Source of the DNA: Candidatus Multivorans sp.
GTDB lineage: Bacteria > Acidobacteriota > Thermoanaerobaculia > Multivoradales > Multivoraceae
Length of the DNA: 64,000 bases
NCBI GenBank assembly: GCA_965224025.1
Contig: OZ245033.1
Location: 4,160,001-4,224,000, forward strand
Reading direction: 5' to 3'
Shown: positions 19,802 to 29,732 of the stretch, one piece after another
Numbering within the stretch: position 1 is the first letter of the stretch
How the letters are laid out: each line of letters opens with the position of its first letter
Notes under the pieces: generated by a model
The model's input: only the letters and a program-made list of their open reading frames with translations
Database searches by the model: none
Told to the model about the DNA's origin: nothing
Program-made: the position numbers and the translations under genes

Positions 19802-20686
19802 ATGAAGATCGCGGTGAGCGGCGCCTCGGGCCTGATCGGCAGCGCCCTGATTCAGGCTCTCGAGACGTCGGGTGACGACTGCAGCCGGCTGGTACGCCGC
19901 GCGCCGCGGAGCGCTGGTGAACTGGAGTGGCGCCCCGAGCGGGGTCTGGCCACACCCGCCGCCGCCCAGGGGTTCGACGCCCTCGTCCACCTGGCCGGCG
20001 AGAGCGTCGCCGGCGGGCGCTGGACGGTCGCCAAACGCCAGCGAATCCGGTCCTCTCGCGCCCCGGCGACCCGCCGCCTGGTGGAGTCCCTGAGCACGAT
20101 CGAGCGGCCGCCGCGCGTGTTCGTCTGCGCCTCCGCGGTCGGCTACTACGGCGATCGGGGCGACGAACTGCTGGACGAGGACTCCCGCGCGGGTAGCGGA
20201 TTCCTGGCCTCCGTATGCCGCGACTGGGAAGCCGCGGCCGCGACCGCGGCAACGGTCTGCGAACGGGTGGTGATGCTCCGATTCGGCGTCGTGCTCTCCA
20301 CCGCAGGCGGCGCCCTGCCCCGGATGCTGACGCCGTTTCGCTTCGGTCTCGGCGGCCGGCTCGGATCGGGCAAGCAGTACTTCCCGTGGATTCACCTCGA
20401 GGACGCGGTGGCCGCCATCCGCCATCTCATCGACCAAGGCGAAGGCCCCGTCAACCTCACCGCACCGGAACAGGCCACGAATGCGGACCTCACCCGCTCG
20501 TTGGCTCGCACTCTGCGCCGGCCGGCCCTGTTCCCGGCGCCGACTCCGGCGCTCGTCGCGGTCTTCGGCGCCATGGCGCGCGAGGCGCTGCTGGCCAGCG
20601 CCCGCGTGGTCCCGGCACGCCTTCCAAGCAGCGGCTTCGCCTACCGTTTCCCGACTCTCGACTCGGCGCTGGCTCACGAACTGTAG
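19802..20686 (+). CDS. TIGR01777/YfcH-like NAD-dependent epimerase family protein
   Basis: GASGLIG, HLAGE, ASAVGYYG and GSGKQYFPWIH motifs. Confidence 0.9.
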   Translation: MKIAVSGASGLIGSALIQALETSGDDCSRLVRRAPRSAGELEWRPERGLATPAAAQGFDALVHLAGESVAGGRWTVAKRQRIRSSRAPATRRLVESLSTIERPPRVFVCASAVGYYGDRGDELLDEDSRAGSGFLASVCRDWEAAAATAATVCERVVMLRFGVVLSTAGGALPRMLTPFRFGLGGRLGSGKQYFPWIHLEDAVAAIRHLIDQGEGPVNLTAPEQATNADLTRSLARTLRRPALFPAPTPALVAVFGAMAREALLASARVVPARLPSSGFAYRFPTLDSALAHEL

Positions 20687-20837
20687 AATCCGGGAAGCCC
20701 AGTGGCGCCCGGCGTGTTGGGATGGATGAGCGCTGCCGGCGGCCCACCCAGCCGGCGCCAGGACACGGCCGGCAGCGAGCGGAGATTTCACCCTTCTTCG
20801 CCGGTTTCCGCCAACGGACGAACAGCCCACCGCGAAC

Positions 20838-21563
20838 ATGGCCTTCGAACTCGAGAGACGCAAGACCTCCGGGTCCAAGTCCGCGACCTCATCCCTGCGC
20901 TTCGGAGGCGGGCCCTACGAACTGGAGCCGCAAAGCAGGACCCCGCTCCGAGTGGGCATCATCGTCACGATCGCTTTCCATGTCCTGCTGTTCCTGGTCA
21001 CCTTCCCCAAAGCGAAGCCCCGCGCTCTCCAGGCGGCGCAGGCGCCGAAGACCTTCATGGTCACGACGGTCCGTTTCAAGCCGCCGCCACCGGCGAGGGC
21101 GAAGCCCATCCCGAAACCCAAGACGCGGAAGATCCCGATCCCTGATCCGACCCCCAACGATCCCGAGCCGCTGATCGAAGAGGAGGTGTTCGAGGCGCCG
21201 GAGGTCGACTTCGACGGCATCAGCGACGTGCTGTTCGACATTCCCCCAGCCCCCTCGCCCGCCGGTCCGCCCGGAACCATCTGGGTCGAAGGCGATGTCC
21301 TGCCGCCGAAGAGAACCTACGGCCCCCGGCCCAACTACACCGAGGAAGCCCGCCGGGCACGGGTCCAGGGCGTCGTCATTCTCCAGGCCGTGGTCGACAG
21401 CGTGGGCAACGTGGGCTACGTCAAGGTCCTCAAGGGCCTGCCCGAAGGCCTCACCGAGTCCGCCGTCCAAGTCGTCGAGCAGTGGCGCTACGAGCCCGCG
21501 ACGTTGAACGGCGAGCCGGTCCCGGTCTACATCAACCTGACCGTCAACTTCTCGCTGCAGTAG
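20838..21563 (+). CDS. tonB: Energy transducer TonB family protein
   Basis: N-terminal TM with His, Pro-rich linker, TonB_C (YTEEARRARVQGVV...WRYEPA). Confidence 0.88.
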   Translation: MAFELERRKTSGSKSATSSLRFGGGPYELEPQSRTPLRVGIIVTIAFHVLLFLVTFPKAKPRALQAAQAPKTFMVTTVRFKPPPPARAKPIPKPKTRKIPIPDPTPNDPEPLIEEEVFEAPEVDFDGISDVLFDIPPAPSPAGPPGTIWVEGDVLPPKRTYGPRPNYTEEARRARVQGVVILQAVVDSVGNVGYVKVLKGLPEGLTESAVQVVEQWRYEPATLNGEPVPVYINLTVNFSLQ

Positions 21564-21587
21564 CCGGCGTCGGATCCGGCGGCGCTC

Positions 21588-21686
21588 TCCTTGTCTTGCA
21601 CCTATGCACGACAAACCGGTTTGTGCAACACTTTGGCCTCAAGTTCGTGACACAAACCAGTTTGTCGTACACAGGTGTCACACAAC
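21588..21686. repeat. Left arm of ~97-bp inverted repeat flanking the fic gene
   Basis: Ungapped match to the reverse complement of 22842-22938. Contains palindromes acaaaccggtttgt (21611-21624) and acaaaccagtttgt (21652-21665). Confidence 0.85.
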
Positions 21687-21713
21687 GAGCGATCGACTCC
21701 TCCAACGCCCCGT

Positions 21714-22829
21714 ATGCCCGCCGTCCACTACCAGCCTGGGAGCTTCCCGCCCGACGACCGACTCGACTGGGCCGACCTTGTGCCCGCGATCGGCCCGGCA
21801 ACGGCCGCCGTCGCTCGCTACGACGGCCTGCTTGAAGCCGTACCGAACCCGGACGTCCTGCTGGCGCCGCTCGGCGCCCAGGAAGCCGTGCTTTCCTCCC
21901 GCATCGAGGGCACGCAGGCGACGACGCGAGAAGTCCTCGAGTACCAGGCAGGCCAGGAGGCGCCGTCCCCGGAACGCCGCGACGACTTCGTCGAGGTGAT
22001 GAACTACCGTCGCGCCATGCGCGAGGCGCAGGCCCTGTTGAAAGACCTGCCCATCTGCCTGAAGGTCGTCCGTCGGGCGCACCGGATCCTCCTCCACGGC
22101 GCCCGGGGCCGGGGCCGGGCCCCGGGCGAGTTTCGCCGCATCCCGAACTGGATCGGCCCGCCCGGCTGCACGATCGACGAGGCCAGCTACGTCCCCATCG
22201 ACGCCGACAAGCTGGCCGACGGATTGAACCGATGGGAGAGATACCTGCACGAAGAGACCCGAGACCCGCTGGTGCAACTCGCGGCAATACACGCAGAGTT
22301 CGAGGCCCTCCACCCGTTTCTAGACGGCAATGGACGCCTGGGGCGCATGCTCGTGCCCCTCTACCTCTCGGAGAAGGGTCTCATCAAGCGGCCCATGTTC
22401 TACATCAGCGCCTTCCTCGAGGCGAACAGAGACGTCTACTACGAACGGCTCCTCGCCGTGTCCCGCGACGACGACTGGACCGGCTGGTGCCGGTTCTTCC
22501 TGGAGGCCGTGCGCGCCCAGGCCGAAGACAACATCGCCAAGGCAAGGCAGATTCTGAGTCTCCATGACCGGATGAAACGCCACGTCGCCGATCTCACCCA
22601 CTCGCAGTACGCCATCGCGGCACTGGACTTCATCTTCGAACTCCCTGTATTCCGCAGCACGGACTTCATCGCTCAGGACAACGTGCCCGCACCCGCGGCC
22701 CGCCGTATCCTGAACGTCCTCCGGGACGATGGCGTGTTGCGGACGGTGCGGCCGGCGAGGGGACGTCGCGCCGCCATCTTCGTGTTCGACGAGCTCCTCG
22801 ACATCGCCGAAGGGAGCGCGACCGAGTGA
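21714..22829 (+). CDS. Fic family protein (Fic_N/MloA type with C-terminal HTH)
   Basis: HPFLDGNGRLGR catalytic motif and N-terminal SSRIEG inhibitory motif. Confidence 0.93.
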   Translation: MPAVHYQPGSFPPDDRLDWADLVPAIGPATAAVARYDGLLEAVPNPDVLLAPLGAQEAVLSSRIEGTQATTREVLEYQAGQEAPSPERRDDFVEVMNYRRAMREAQALLKDLPICLKVVRRAHRILLHGARGRGRAPGEFRRIPNWIGPPGCTIDEASYVPIDADKLADGLNRWERYLHEETRDPLVQLAAIHAEFEALHPFLDGNGRLGRMLVPLYLSEKGLIKRPMFYISAFLEANRDVYYERLLAVSRDDDWTGWCRFFLEAVRAQAEDNIAKARQILSLHDRMKRHVADLTHSQYAIAALDFIFELPVFRSTDFIAQDNVPAPAARRILNVLRDDGVLRTVRPARGRRAAIFVFDELLDIAEGSATE

Positions 22830-22841
22830 CGATGACGCCGC

Positions 22842-22940
22842 TTGTCGCGCACAAGTGTTCGTCAAACTCCGTTGTGTGACGATTTGAGACCCGAAGTGCC
22901 CCACAAACCGGTTTGCCGCACAAAGGTGCGACACAAAGAG
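22842..22940. repeat. Right arm of ~97-bp inverted repeat flanking the fic gene
   Basis: Reverse complement aligns with 21589-21685. Contains acaaaccggtttgc at 22903-22916. Confidence 0.85.
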
Positions 22941-23005
22941 CCGCAACCGCTGGCCGCGGCTGACCCCTGCGCCGTGCTGGCCGACCTGATGCCGCCCCCC
23001 TGCCG

Positions 23006-25864
23006 ATGAGACTCTCGTGGAACGAGATCCGCCCCCGAGCCGCGTCGTTCGCCCGCGAATGGGCCGATGCCGGCTACGAGAAGGGCGAGACGCAGAGCTT
23101 CTACAACGACTTCTTCGAGATCTTCGGCTTCAAGCGGCGCAGCGTCGCCCGCTACGAGGAACACGTCAAGCGGCTCGACAACTCCCAGGGGTTCATCGAC
23201 CTCTTCTGGCCCGGCTGGTTGCTCGTCGAGCAGAAGAGCGCTGGCCGGGACCTGACCGAGGCGCGCCGCCAAGCGCTCTCCTACTTCGACGCACTCCCCA
23301 AACACAACCAGCCTCGCTACCTGTTGCTCTGCGACTTCCAGAACTTCGAGTTGCTCGACCTCGACGAAGGCGAGGAAAGCCGCTTCGCCCTCGCCGACTT
23401 GCCCGAGCACATAGAGAAGTTCGGTTTCATTCTGGGCGTCCAGCGCCGCACATTCCGCGACCAGGACCCGGTCAATGTAGAAGCCTCCGAGCTCATGGCC
23501 CAACTCCATGACCGCCTCCAGGAAACCGGCTACGGCGGTCACGATCTGGAGCTGTTCCTGGTACGGATGGTCTTCTGCCTGTTCGCCGACGACACCGGCA
23601 TCTTCGAGCCCCGAGACCAACTCCTGGAACTCCTTGAACAGCGGACTGCCGAAGACGGCAGTGACCTGGGCGGCTGGCTGGCCCGCCTCTTCCAGGTCCT
23701 GAACACTCCGGAAGACAATCGCCAAGCCACTCTGGACGAGGACCTGGCCCGTTTCCCGTACGTCAACGGCGAACTGTTCTCCGAGACGCTGTCGATCCCG
23801 GAGTTCGACGCCGGGATGCGCAAGGCCTTGCTCGACGCTTGCCGTTTCGACTGGGCCGCGATCTCGCCAGCCATCTTCGGAACGTTGTTCCAGTCGGTGA
23901 TGGAACCCGAAGAGCAGCGGATCAAGGGTAGCCACTACACCTCAGAGATGAATGTCCTCAAGGTCATCGAGCCGTTGTTCCTCGACGATCTGCGCGCCGA
24001 GTTGGAGAGGCTCAAGCGAAGTCGCGGTACGCGCCGCATCCCCAACCTCCATGCCTTCCGGCAGCGCCTGGGGAGTATGCGCTTCCTCGATCCTGCCTGC
24101 GGCTGCGGCAACTTCCTCGTTATCGCCTACCGTGAACTGCGCCAGCTCGAGATCGATGTGTTGAGGGAGCTCTACCCGGCGGGCCAGCTCGGCCTGCTCG
24201 CCGACGTGCTCTCCCTGGTCGACGTGGATCAGTTCTACGGCATCGACCTCGACGAGTTCCCCGCGCGAATCACGGAGGTCGCGCTGTGGATGATGGACCA
24301 CATCATGAACAACCGGCTCAGCCTGGAGTTCGGCGAGGCTTTCGCCCGCATCCCCATCAAGCGGTCGCCGCGGATCGTCTGCGCCGACGCCTTGAAGATC
24401 GACTGGACCGAAGTGCTGCCGCCGCAGGAGTGCGACTTCGTACTCGGCAATCCGCCATTCGGGGGCGCGAAGTACCAGTCGGATGAACAGCGAGAGCAGG
24501 TGCGCCGGATCGCCGGCCTAGGCAAAGGTGGCGGCACACTCGACTACGTCACCGCCTGGTTCCTGTGCGCCGGCAAGTACCTCCGCAAGGGTCTCCGCAC
24601 GTCAGAGAACGCATCAAACCAGGGAGCCGGAGCGTCAGCCCCCAAACCGATGAGAATCGGCTTCGTCGCCACGAACTCGATCACCCAAGGCGAGCAGGTG
24701 GCGCAGTTGTGGCCGCTGATCTTCGATCGATTGGGCCTGGAGATCGTATTCGCCCATCGGACGTTCTCCTGGCAGTCCGACATCCGCGGCATGGCGCACG
24801 TCCATGTCGTGATCATCGGCCTGACCCTGGCCACCGACGCGCCCGCCGACCGGAGGCTGTTCTCCTACACCGACCTCAAGGGCGATGCAGAGGAGAGCGT
24901 TCACGCTGCGATCTCGCCGTACCTGTTCGATGCCGGGGGCCTTGCCAACCCGCATGTCGTGGTGCGGGAGACCGCGCGGCCGCTCAACGGCTGGCCAAGG
25001 ATGATCATCGGCTCGAAACCCATAGACGGCGGCCACTACATCTTCAAGGCCGAAGAACGCGACGCTTTCCTGGAGCTGGAGTCCGACGCCAAGCCCTTCC
25101 TGCGCCCCTACATCGGCTCGCGGGAGTATCTGCAAGGCGGCGGCCGCTTCATCCTGGCTCTGCACGACGCTCCACCCGACGTTCTCAGCCGTCTGCCGCT
25201 GGTTCGCGAGCGCATCGCCGCCGTCCGAGCCTACCGCGCAGCAAGCAAGAGCAAGCCGACGCAGGCCCTTGCGCTGACGCCCAAGCTATACCACGTGAAC
25301 GTACTCCCCACCGAACCCTTCCTCGTCATCCCCGAAGTCAGTTCTGAACGCCGCGAGTACGTCCCCATCGGTTGGCTCGAACCGCCCACAATCCCCAGCA
25401 ATCTGGTCCGCATCGTCGAAGACGCCACCAAACCGCTCTTCGCCATCCTGACCTCCGCCATGCACATGGCCTGGCTCCGCCAGATCGGCGGCCGCCTCAA
25501 GAGCGACTACCGCTACTCGATCGGCCTCGTCTACAACACCTTCCCGCCGCCTCCGGCCGAACCGGAGGCGCTCGAACGCCTCGCGCCCCTCGCCGACGCC
25601 GTCCTCAAAGGCCGCGCCAACCACACCGGCGCCACCCTTGCCCAGCTATACGACCCCGACCTCATGCCCACAGATCTACGCCGTGCCCACAGGGCGATCG
25701 ACCGCGCCGTCGACCGCCTCTACCGCCCGCGCCGGTTCGAGACCGAGAGCGAACGCCTGGCCCACCTCCTGGCCGCCTACGAACGGCTGCAGGCACCGAT
25801 CGCCGCACAGGCCGCCGGCAAACCGAGGCGACATCGGCGAAGGAGACGGCGCGCCAAACGGTAG
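23006..25864 (+). CDS. MmeI-like Type IIG/IIL restriction-modification fusion (nuclease + m6A MTase + TRD)
   Basis: N-terminal ID...EQKS nuclease motif, HYT, DPACGCGNF, NPPF, and C-terminal GGRLKSDYRYS...LYDP. Confidence 0.92.
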   Translation: MRLSWNEIRPRAASFAREWADAGYEKGETQSFYNDFFEIFGFKRRSVARYEEHVKRLDNSQGFIDLFWPGWLLVEQKSAGRDLTEARRQALSYFDALPKHNQPRYLLLCDFQNFELLDLDEGEESRFALADLPEHIEKFGFILGVQRRTFRDQDPVNVEASELMAQLHDRLQETGYGGHDLELFLVRMVFCLFADDTGIFEPRDQLLELLEQRTAEDGSDLGGWLARLFQVLNTPEDNRQATLDEDLARFPYVNGELFSETLSIPEFDAGMRKALLDACRFDWAAISPAIFGTLFQSVMEPEEQRIKGSHYTSEMNVLKVIEPLFLDDLRAELERLKRSRGTRRIPNLHAFRQRLGSMRFLDPACGCGNFLVIAYRELRQLEIDVLRELYPAGQLGLLADVLSLVDVDQFYGIDLDEFPARITEVALWMMDHIMNNRLSLEFGEAFARIPIKRSPRIVCADALKIDWTEVLPPQECDFVLGNPPFGGAKYQSDEQREQVRRIAGLGKGGGTLDYVTAWFLCAGKYLRKGLRTSENASNQGAGASAPKPMRIGFVATNSITQGEQVAQLWPLIFDRLGLEIVFAHRTFSWQSDIRGMAHVHVVIIGLTLATDAPADRRLFSYTDLKGDAEESVHAAISPYLFDAGGLANPHVVVRETARPLNGWPRMIIGSKPIDGGHYIFKAEERDAFLELESDAKPFLRPYIGSREYLQGGGRFILALHDAPPDVLSRLPLVRERIAAVRAYRAASKSKPTQALALTPKLYHVNVLPTEPFLVIPEVSSERREYVPIGWLEPPTIPSNLVRIVEDATKPLFAILTSAMHMAWLRQIGGRLKSDYRYSIGLVYNTFPPPPAEPEALERLAPLADAVLKGRANHTGATLAQLYDPDLMPTDLRRAHRAIDRAVDRLYRPRRFETESERLAHLLAAYERLQAPIAAQAAGKPRRHRRRRRRAKR

Positions 25865-25893
25865 CGAGCGGAATCGACGCGCGAACTCGCGGC

Positions 25894-26406
25894 CTAACTT
25901 CGGTGGTCCCTGACCTGTGGCGGCGCAGAAGGCCGACCACCTCCGGTTCCCTTCCGTCGTTGCTCACTCCACTGGCCCCAGATGAACAGACCGACCAAGC
26001 CGACGAAGGGGCCGAACGCAGCCGCAGCGCCCCAGAGCGACTTGTCGTTCGCCAACAGATAGCCGCCCAGACCGAGTCCGGCCAACGCCACGACGAAGGC
26101 GAAGATCTGCCCTCGTCTTCCCATGGATACCTCGTATGCATGTGCCGCCTTCTGCATCGTATGGCCATGTTCTTGCTGCTTCTCGGCCATGACGATGATC
26201 CGTTCGGCAGCACCAGACGTCACTTCTTCGTATCCGGCGAGCGTCCATGGCGCTGGCAGCGGTCCGCTGTGCTCCTGGACAAGCAGCGTCTCCTGCTTGA
26301 CCAACCTGTCGTCTCCAGGGCGCGAGTTCGGAGGTTCGACGTCAGACGGCCGGCGACGGCGAAGCGGATCTGACCTTTTCGGAGGCCGCCTCTTCTTCCG
26401 GCTCAC
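25894..26406 (-). CDS. DUF2335-family membrane protein
   Basis: HSGPLP..LAGYE...AERIIVMAEKQQEH motif followed by two TM helices. Confidence 0.75.
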   Translation of the reverse strand: MSRKKRRPPKRSDPLRRRRPSDVEPPNSRPGDDRLVKQETLLVQEHSGPLPAPWTLAGYEEVTSGAAERIIVMAEKQQEHGHTMQKAAHAYEVSMGRRGQIFAFVVALAGLGLGGYLLANDKSLWGAAAAFGPFVGLVGLFIWGQWSEQRRKGTGGGRPSAPPQVRDHRS

Positions 26407-27032
26407 GAAGCCCCGTCACCACGGTCGGCGCGGGCCATCGCGTCGCGGAGATAACCCCCCACTGCGGCCCAGTGCCCCTCCAACGCGGCAGCGCCTGCTT
26501 GCCCATCACGTCCACGCCGACTGAAGGCCCCGCTCCAGTCCAGCGAACGGGCCATACCCCGCAGGAAGGGGTGCATCGAGTAGTGCGAGCGCGGCGAAGC
26601 GACGGCTTGGGGCAGGACGGACCTCACTGCCATGTCGGGCGCGTACTCGTAGATCGAGGCAATCAATTCCCGAAAATCGAGGGAGAAAAGCCAATCGGAA
26701 GCCGCAGCCATGTAGCGGCTTGCGTGTTCCGACAGAGATGCCGCCGCCCGCTTTCCCCGCTCCAAGCCCTCCTCCGTCAGACCGTAGAGCCGGTATCGCC
26801 GCGACTCGTCGACGACGGCAAGACCCTCTCCCACCAACTCGTCGAGTTGGACGTAAACGGCCCGGTCAAAGGGCCCGTAGTGGTACGGCCGAAAGTCGAA
26901 GTGCGGACAACCGCATTCACCCTCGAGCTCCCGATCGAGCAGGAAGAAGTACTTCTGCAGGCGCACCGGGTCGAAGCGCGCGTCCGCTCCCGCGGCGGCC
27001 ATTGCGGCCAAGACGAAGGTGGGTCGGTCCAT
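26403..27032 (-). CDS. SocA/Panacea-like winged-helix protein with a C-terminal extension
   Basis: RLQKYFFLL...FRPYHYGPF motif. The stop overlaps the GTG of the DUF2335 gene. Confidence 0.6.
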   Translation of the reverse strand: MDRPTFVLAAMAAAGADARFDPVRLQKYFFLLDRELEGECGCPHFDFRPYHYGPFDRAVYVQLDELVGEGLAVVDESRRYRLYGLTEEGLERGKRAAASLSEHASRYMAAASDWLFSLDFRELIASIYEYAPDMAVRSVLPQAVASPRSHYSMHPFLRGMARSLDWSGAFSRRGRDGQAGAAALEGHWAAVGGYLRDAMARADRGDGAS

Positions 27033-27150
27033 CACAGAGCGAATAGTGACACGCGAAGCGCCGTATGTCACACCCCGTCTCATCGCGGCAAGCTGGCCTG
27101 TTCGGCTCCAGATCCCGGAGACGCGAGGGTCACTTGGTCGTTGGGACCGC

Positions 27151-28236
27151 CTACTCCCGGCCCGACCCGGACCCGGTACTCGCCCCCTGGGCCTTCTTCT
27201 CGTAGTAGTCCGTCTCCAGCAGCCGGGCGCCGCGCAGGATGTTGCCCATCGCGTAGTTGCCCTCGTGGCAGGCGTACTCGTAGAGGAGGTCGTCGGTCGC
27301 CGGCCAGATGAACTCGCCGCTGTAGGGCGCGGCGTAGTCCGTGTCGTGGACGGTGAACCCGTAGAGGAGGTCCTTCGGGCCGTGACGGCTGAAGCGCTCG
27401 ACGACCTTCAGGCCGTCGCGGGGATCGCTCTGGCTGTCCAGGAAGTTCGTCGTCTCGACGACCAGGGCGTCGCCTTCCCACCAGCCGATCGAGTCGCCGC
27501 CCAGGGAGCGGTACTCGGGCGGCGCGTGCTCCGCGTTCAGCCACACGACCTTGGCCCAGTGCATCCACTCGACCAGGATGACGACCTGGTTCTCGGTCTG
27601 GGTGATCGTCTTCAGGTTGTTGTAGGGAAGGGAACGAACCGGCGTGGTGGCGACGCTCGTGTAGATGCAGCGGTCTCCGGGCGTCAGCGACTCGGGGCCG
27701 TCGTAAGGGTCGTCGCCGGCCTCGATCCACCAGGCGTCGCCGGTGTTGCGGTACAGGTACGGGTTGACCCTGGCTCTCCGCGCCTTGCCGGCCTCGGTCA
27801 GCTCCGGCATGCGGCCGTTGGGCGGGTCGGTGAGCACGGAGGTCCGGTACTGGCCGTCGATCGGGTAGGCCCTGCTGCCGAAGTCGAGCCAGAAGAAGTT
27901 GTAGCCACCGACCGCGCCGGCCGCGCCCGCGGAGCCGTCGCCGCCGGGCGGGGGCGCCTCGCGATCGGGGTCGCTCACCGCGCCGGCGCCCACGCTCGCC
28001 GCCGCCATCATCTTGGCGATGTTCTCCGCCTCCTCGACGGTCATATGCAGCTTGTCCCCGAAGCGGGAATCCCGCTCGAAGGGCGTCAGGTTGCCGACGT
28101 CGTAGTTGCCGGAGAGGTCGGGACGGCCGCTTGCCGTACGCGGAATGTCGTCGTCACCGGCGGCGGCCAGGGGCGCTGCCAGAAGCGACGCCAGGACGAG
28201 AGCGATGAACGCGGAGTTCGTGCTGCGGATGGACAT
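27151..28236 (-). CDS. Secreted hypothetical protein (PRT..GRPDLSG / YEYACHEGN family)
   Basis: Signal peptide. GDSIGWWEGDALVVETTNF and YEYACHEGN motifs. High-GC3 codons. Confidence 0.8.
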   Translation of the reverse strand: MSIRSTNSAFIALVLASLLAAPLAAAGDDDIPRTASGRPDLSGNYDVGNLTPFERDSRFGDKLHMTVEEAENIAKMMAAASVGAGAVSDPDREAPPPGGDGSAGAAGAVGGYNFFWLDFGSRAYPIDGQYRTSVLTDPPNGRMPELTEAGKARRARVNPYLYRNTGDAWWIEAGDDPYDGPESLTPGDRCIYTSVATTPVRSLPYNNLKTITQTENQVVILVEWMHWAKVVWLNAEHAPPEYRSLGGDSIGWWEGDALVVETTNFLDSQSDPRDGLKVVERFSRHGPKDLLYGFTVHDTDYAAPYSGEFIWPATDDLLYEYACHEGNYAMGNILRGARLLETDYYEKKAQGASTGSGSGRE

Positions 28237-28361
28237 GTCGACTCTCCTCGCAGAGGGTTCGCGTGTGTCGATTCTGTGGCGCTGAACGGGTACGAGAGTA
28301 CCGCATTGCCCGTGGCGCCTGCACGTTCCCGGCCGTGCGGTCTGCGCTCCCCTGAGGCGCT

Positions 28362-29732
28362 TCAGCGTGGCGGCAACCAACCGCGCGGAGGCCGGAAGTA
28401 GACCTTCAGGTTGGCTTCCCGCCGGCGCTCGGGAGACAGGTTCTCGAACACGCCGTAGACGAACGTGCCGTGCTCGTGCCGGTGGATGACGGGATTGCCC
28501 CGCCAGCGGGCGTCGCCGATGTCGCACGGCTGCTCCGGGAGGCAACCGCCCCGCGCGCTCGGATCGGCAGCCTCGTACTGGAAACCGACGAACCTCACGT
28601 CCCTCGGCAGCAGGATGCCGGCGACCTGACAGGAACGCTCCGGGTCGAGCACGGGGATCAGCAGCTCCTGGACATCGGCCCGGGTCGCCGGCGGCAACAG
28701 CCGCAACACGTCGTTGCCTTCGGGCGACGCTAGGGCGCCGGTGTAGGCGCGGAACTCTTCCGGCAACGACCGCTCAATGATCGCCGCCACCTGCTCCAAA
28801 CGCCCGGCGAGATCGGCCGCGCACGCCGTTGTCTCCCCGGTTCGGGCTTCCGCCGGCCAGTGGCTCGATACGGACCATTCACCGGGCGCGCATTCGGGGC
28901 AGGCGCCCGCGCGCAGCAGGGTGGGGTTCGCCAGCAGGCGGACCGCAACCGGTGCGGGTTCAGGCGCGGGTTCAGGCTCCGGTTCAGGCGCGGGCTGTTC
29001 CACCGCCGCGACCGGCTCGGGTTCGGGCACGGGCTGCTCCACGACTTCCGCCGGCTCAGGCGCGGGTGTCTCCACTACGGACGGCGGCTCTTCCGGCTGC
29101 GCCACCGCGACGACGGGTTCCGACGGGGCAGGCTCTTCCGCAGGCTCCTCCGCGGGCTCCTCCGCAGGCGACGCCGGTGGATCGGCCGGCGGCGTGTCAG
29201 TCGCCGGTGGCTCGACGACCCGGGCCGCATTCTCACGCCGAAGCCGACGCTCGCGCTGTTCGGCGCGCCGCTCCGCGCGGCGCTGCGCCCTGTTCATCGA
29301 CCTAGCCGAACCGGCGCTCGCCGCCTGAGTGGCCGCGCCAAGGCTCGAGTAGCTCACCTTCATGGGCGCCCAGAAAGGACCCGTCCGTTGACTCGAAGTG
29401 AACCCCACCTGGGGCCGCTTCCCATCCTCCAGCCTCAGGTAGGAGTTCACGATCATGAACCCTTGGCGCATGAGTTCGACTTCCCACTCGCCGGCCGCCA
29501 GGCCGGTCACTTCGACTACGCCCACGTCGTTCGTGAGCAGCGGCGGCGGGCCGCCGGAGCGGTCGGCCTCCGCGAGCTGGACGATGACCCTGACCTCCGG
29601 CACCGGCTGCCCGGCGTCGTCGGCCACGGTGACGCGGAATGCGTGGTCGCCGCTCCAGTCCTGGGCCGCCGCGACCACCGGCAGGGCCGCAAGCAGCGCC
29701 GCCAGAGTCAACGGGCGCCGGCGGACGCTCAT
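28362..29732 (-). CDS. Secreted protein with carboxypeptidase-regulatory-like domain, Pro/Glu linker and Cys-containing C-terminal domain
   Basis: Signal peptide, then 'V.DDAGQPV', then a PEPE/AEEP linker. ATG overlaps the upstream stop. Confidence 0.7.
   Translation of the reverse strand: MSVRRRPLTLAALLAALPVVAAAQDWSGDHAFRVTVADDAGQPVPEVRVIVQLAEADRSGGPPPLLTNDVGVVEVTGLAAGEWEVELMRQGFMIVNSYLRLEDGKRPQVGFTSSQRTGPFWAPMKVSYSSLGAATQAASAGSARSMNRAQRRAERRAEQRERRLRRENAARVVEPPATDTPPADPPASPAEEPAEEPAEEPAPSEPVVAVAQPEEPPSVVETPAPEPAEVVEQPVPEPEPVAAVEQPAPEPEPEPAPEPAPVAVRLLANPTLLRAGACPECAPGEWSVSSHWPAEARTGETTACAADLAGRLEQVAAIIERSLPEEFRAYTGALASPEGNDVLRLLPPATRADVQELLIPVLDPERSCQVAGILLPRDVRFVGFQYEAADPSARGGCLPEQPCDIGDARWRGNPVIHRHEHGTFVYGVFENLSPERRREANLKVYFRPPRGWLPPR

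Noticed and set aside
28940-29200. Repetitive DNA in the 28362-29732 gene
   Set aside because: Explained by a Pro/Glu/Ala linker (PEPE, AEEP).
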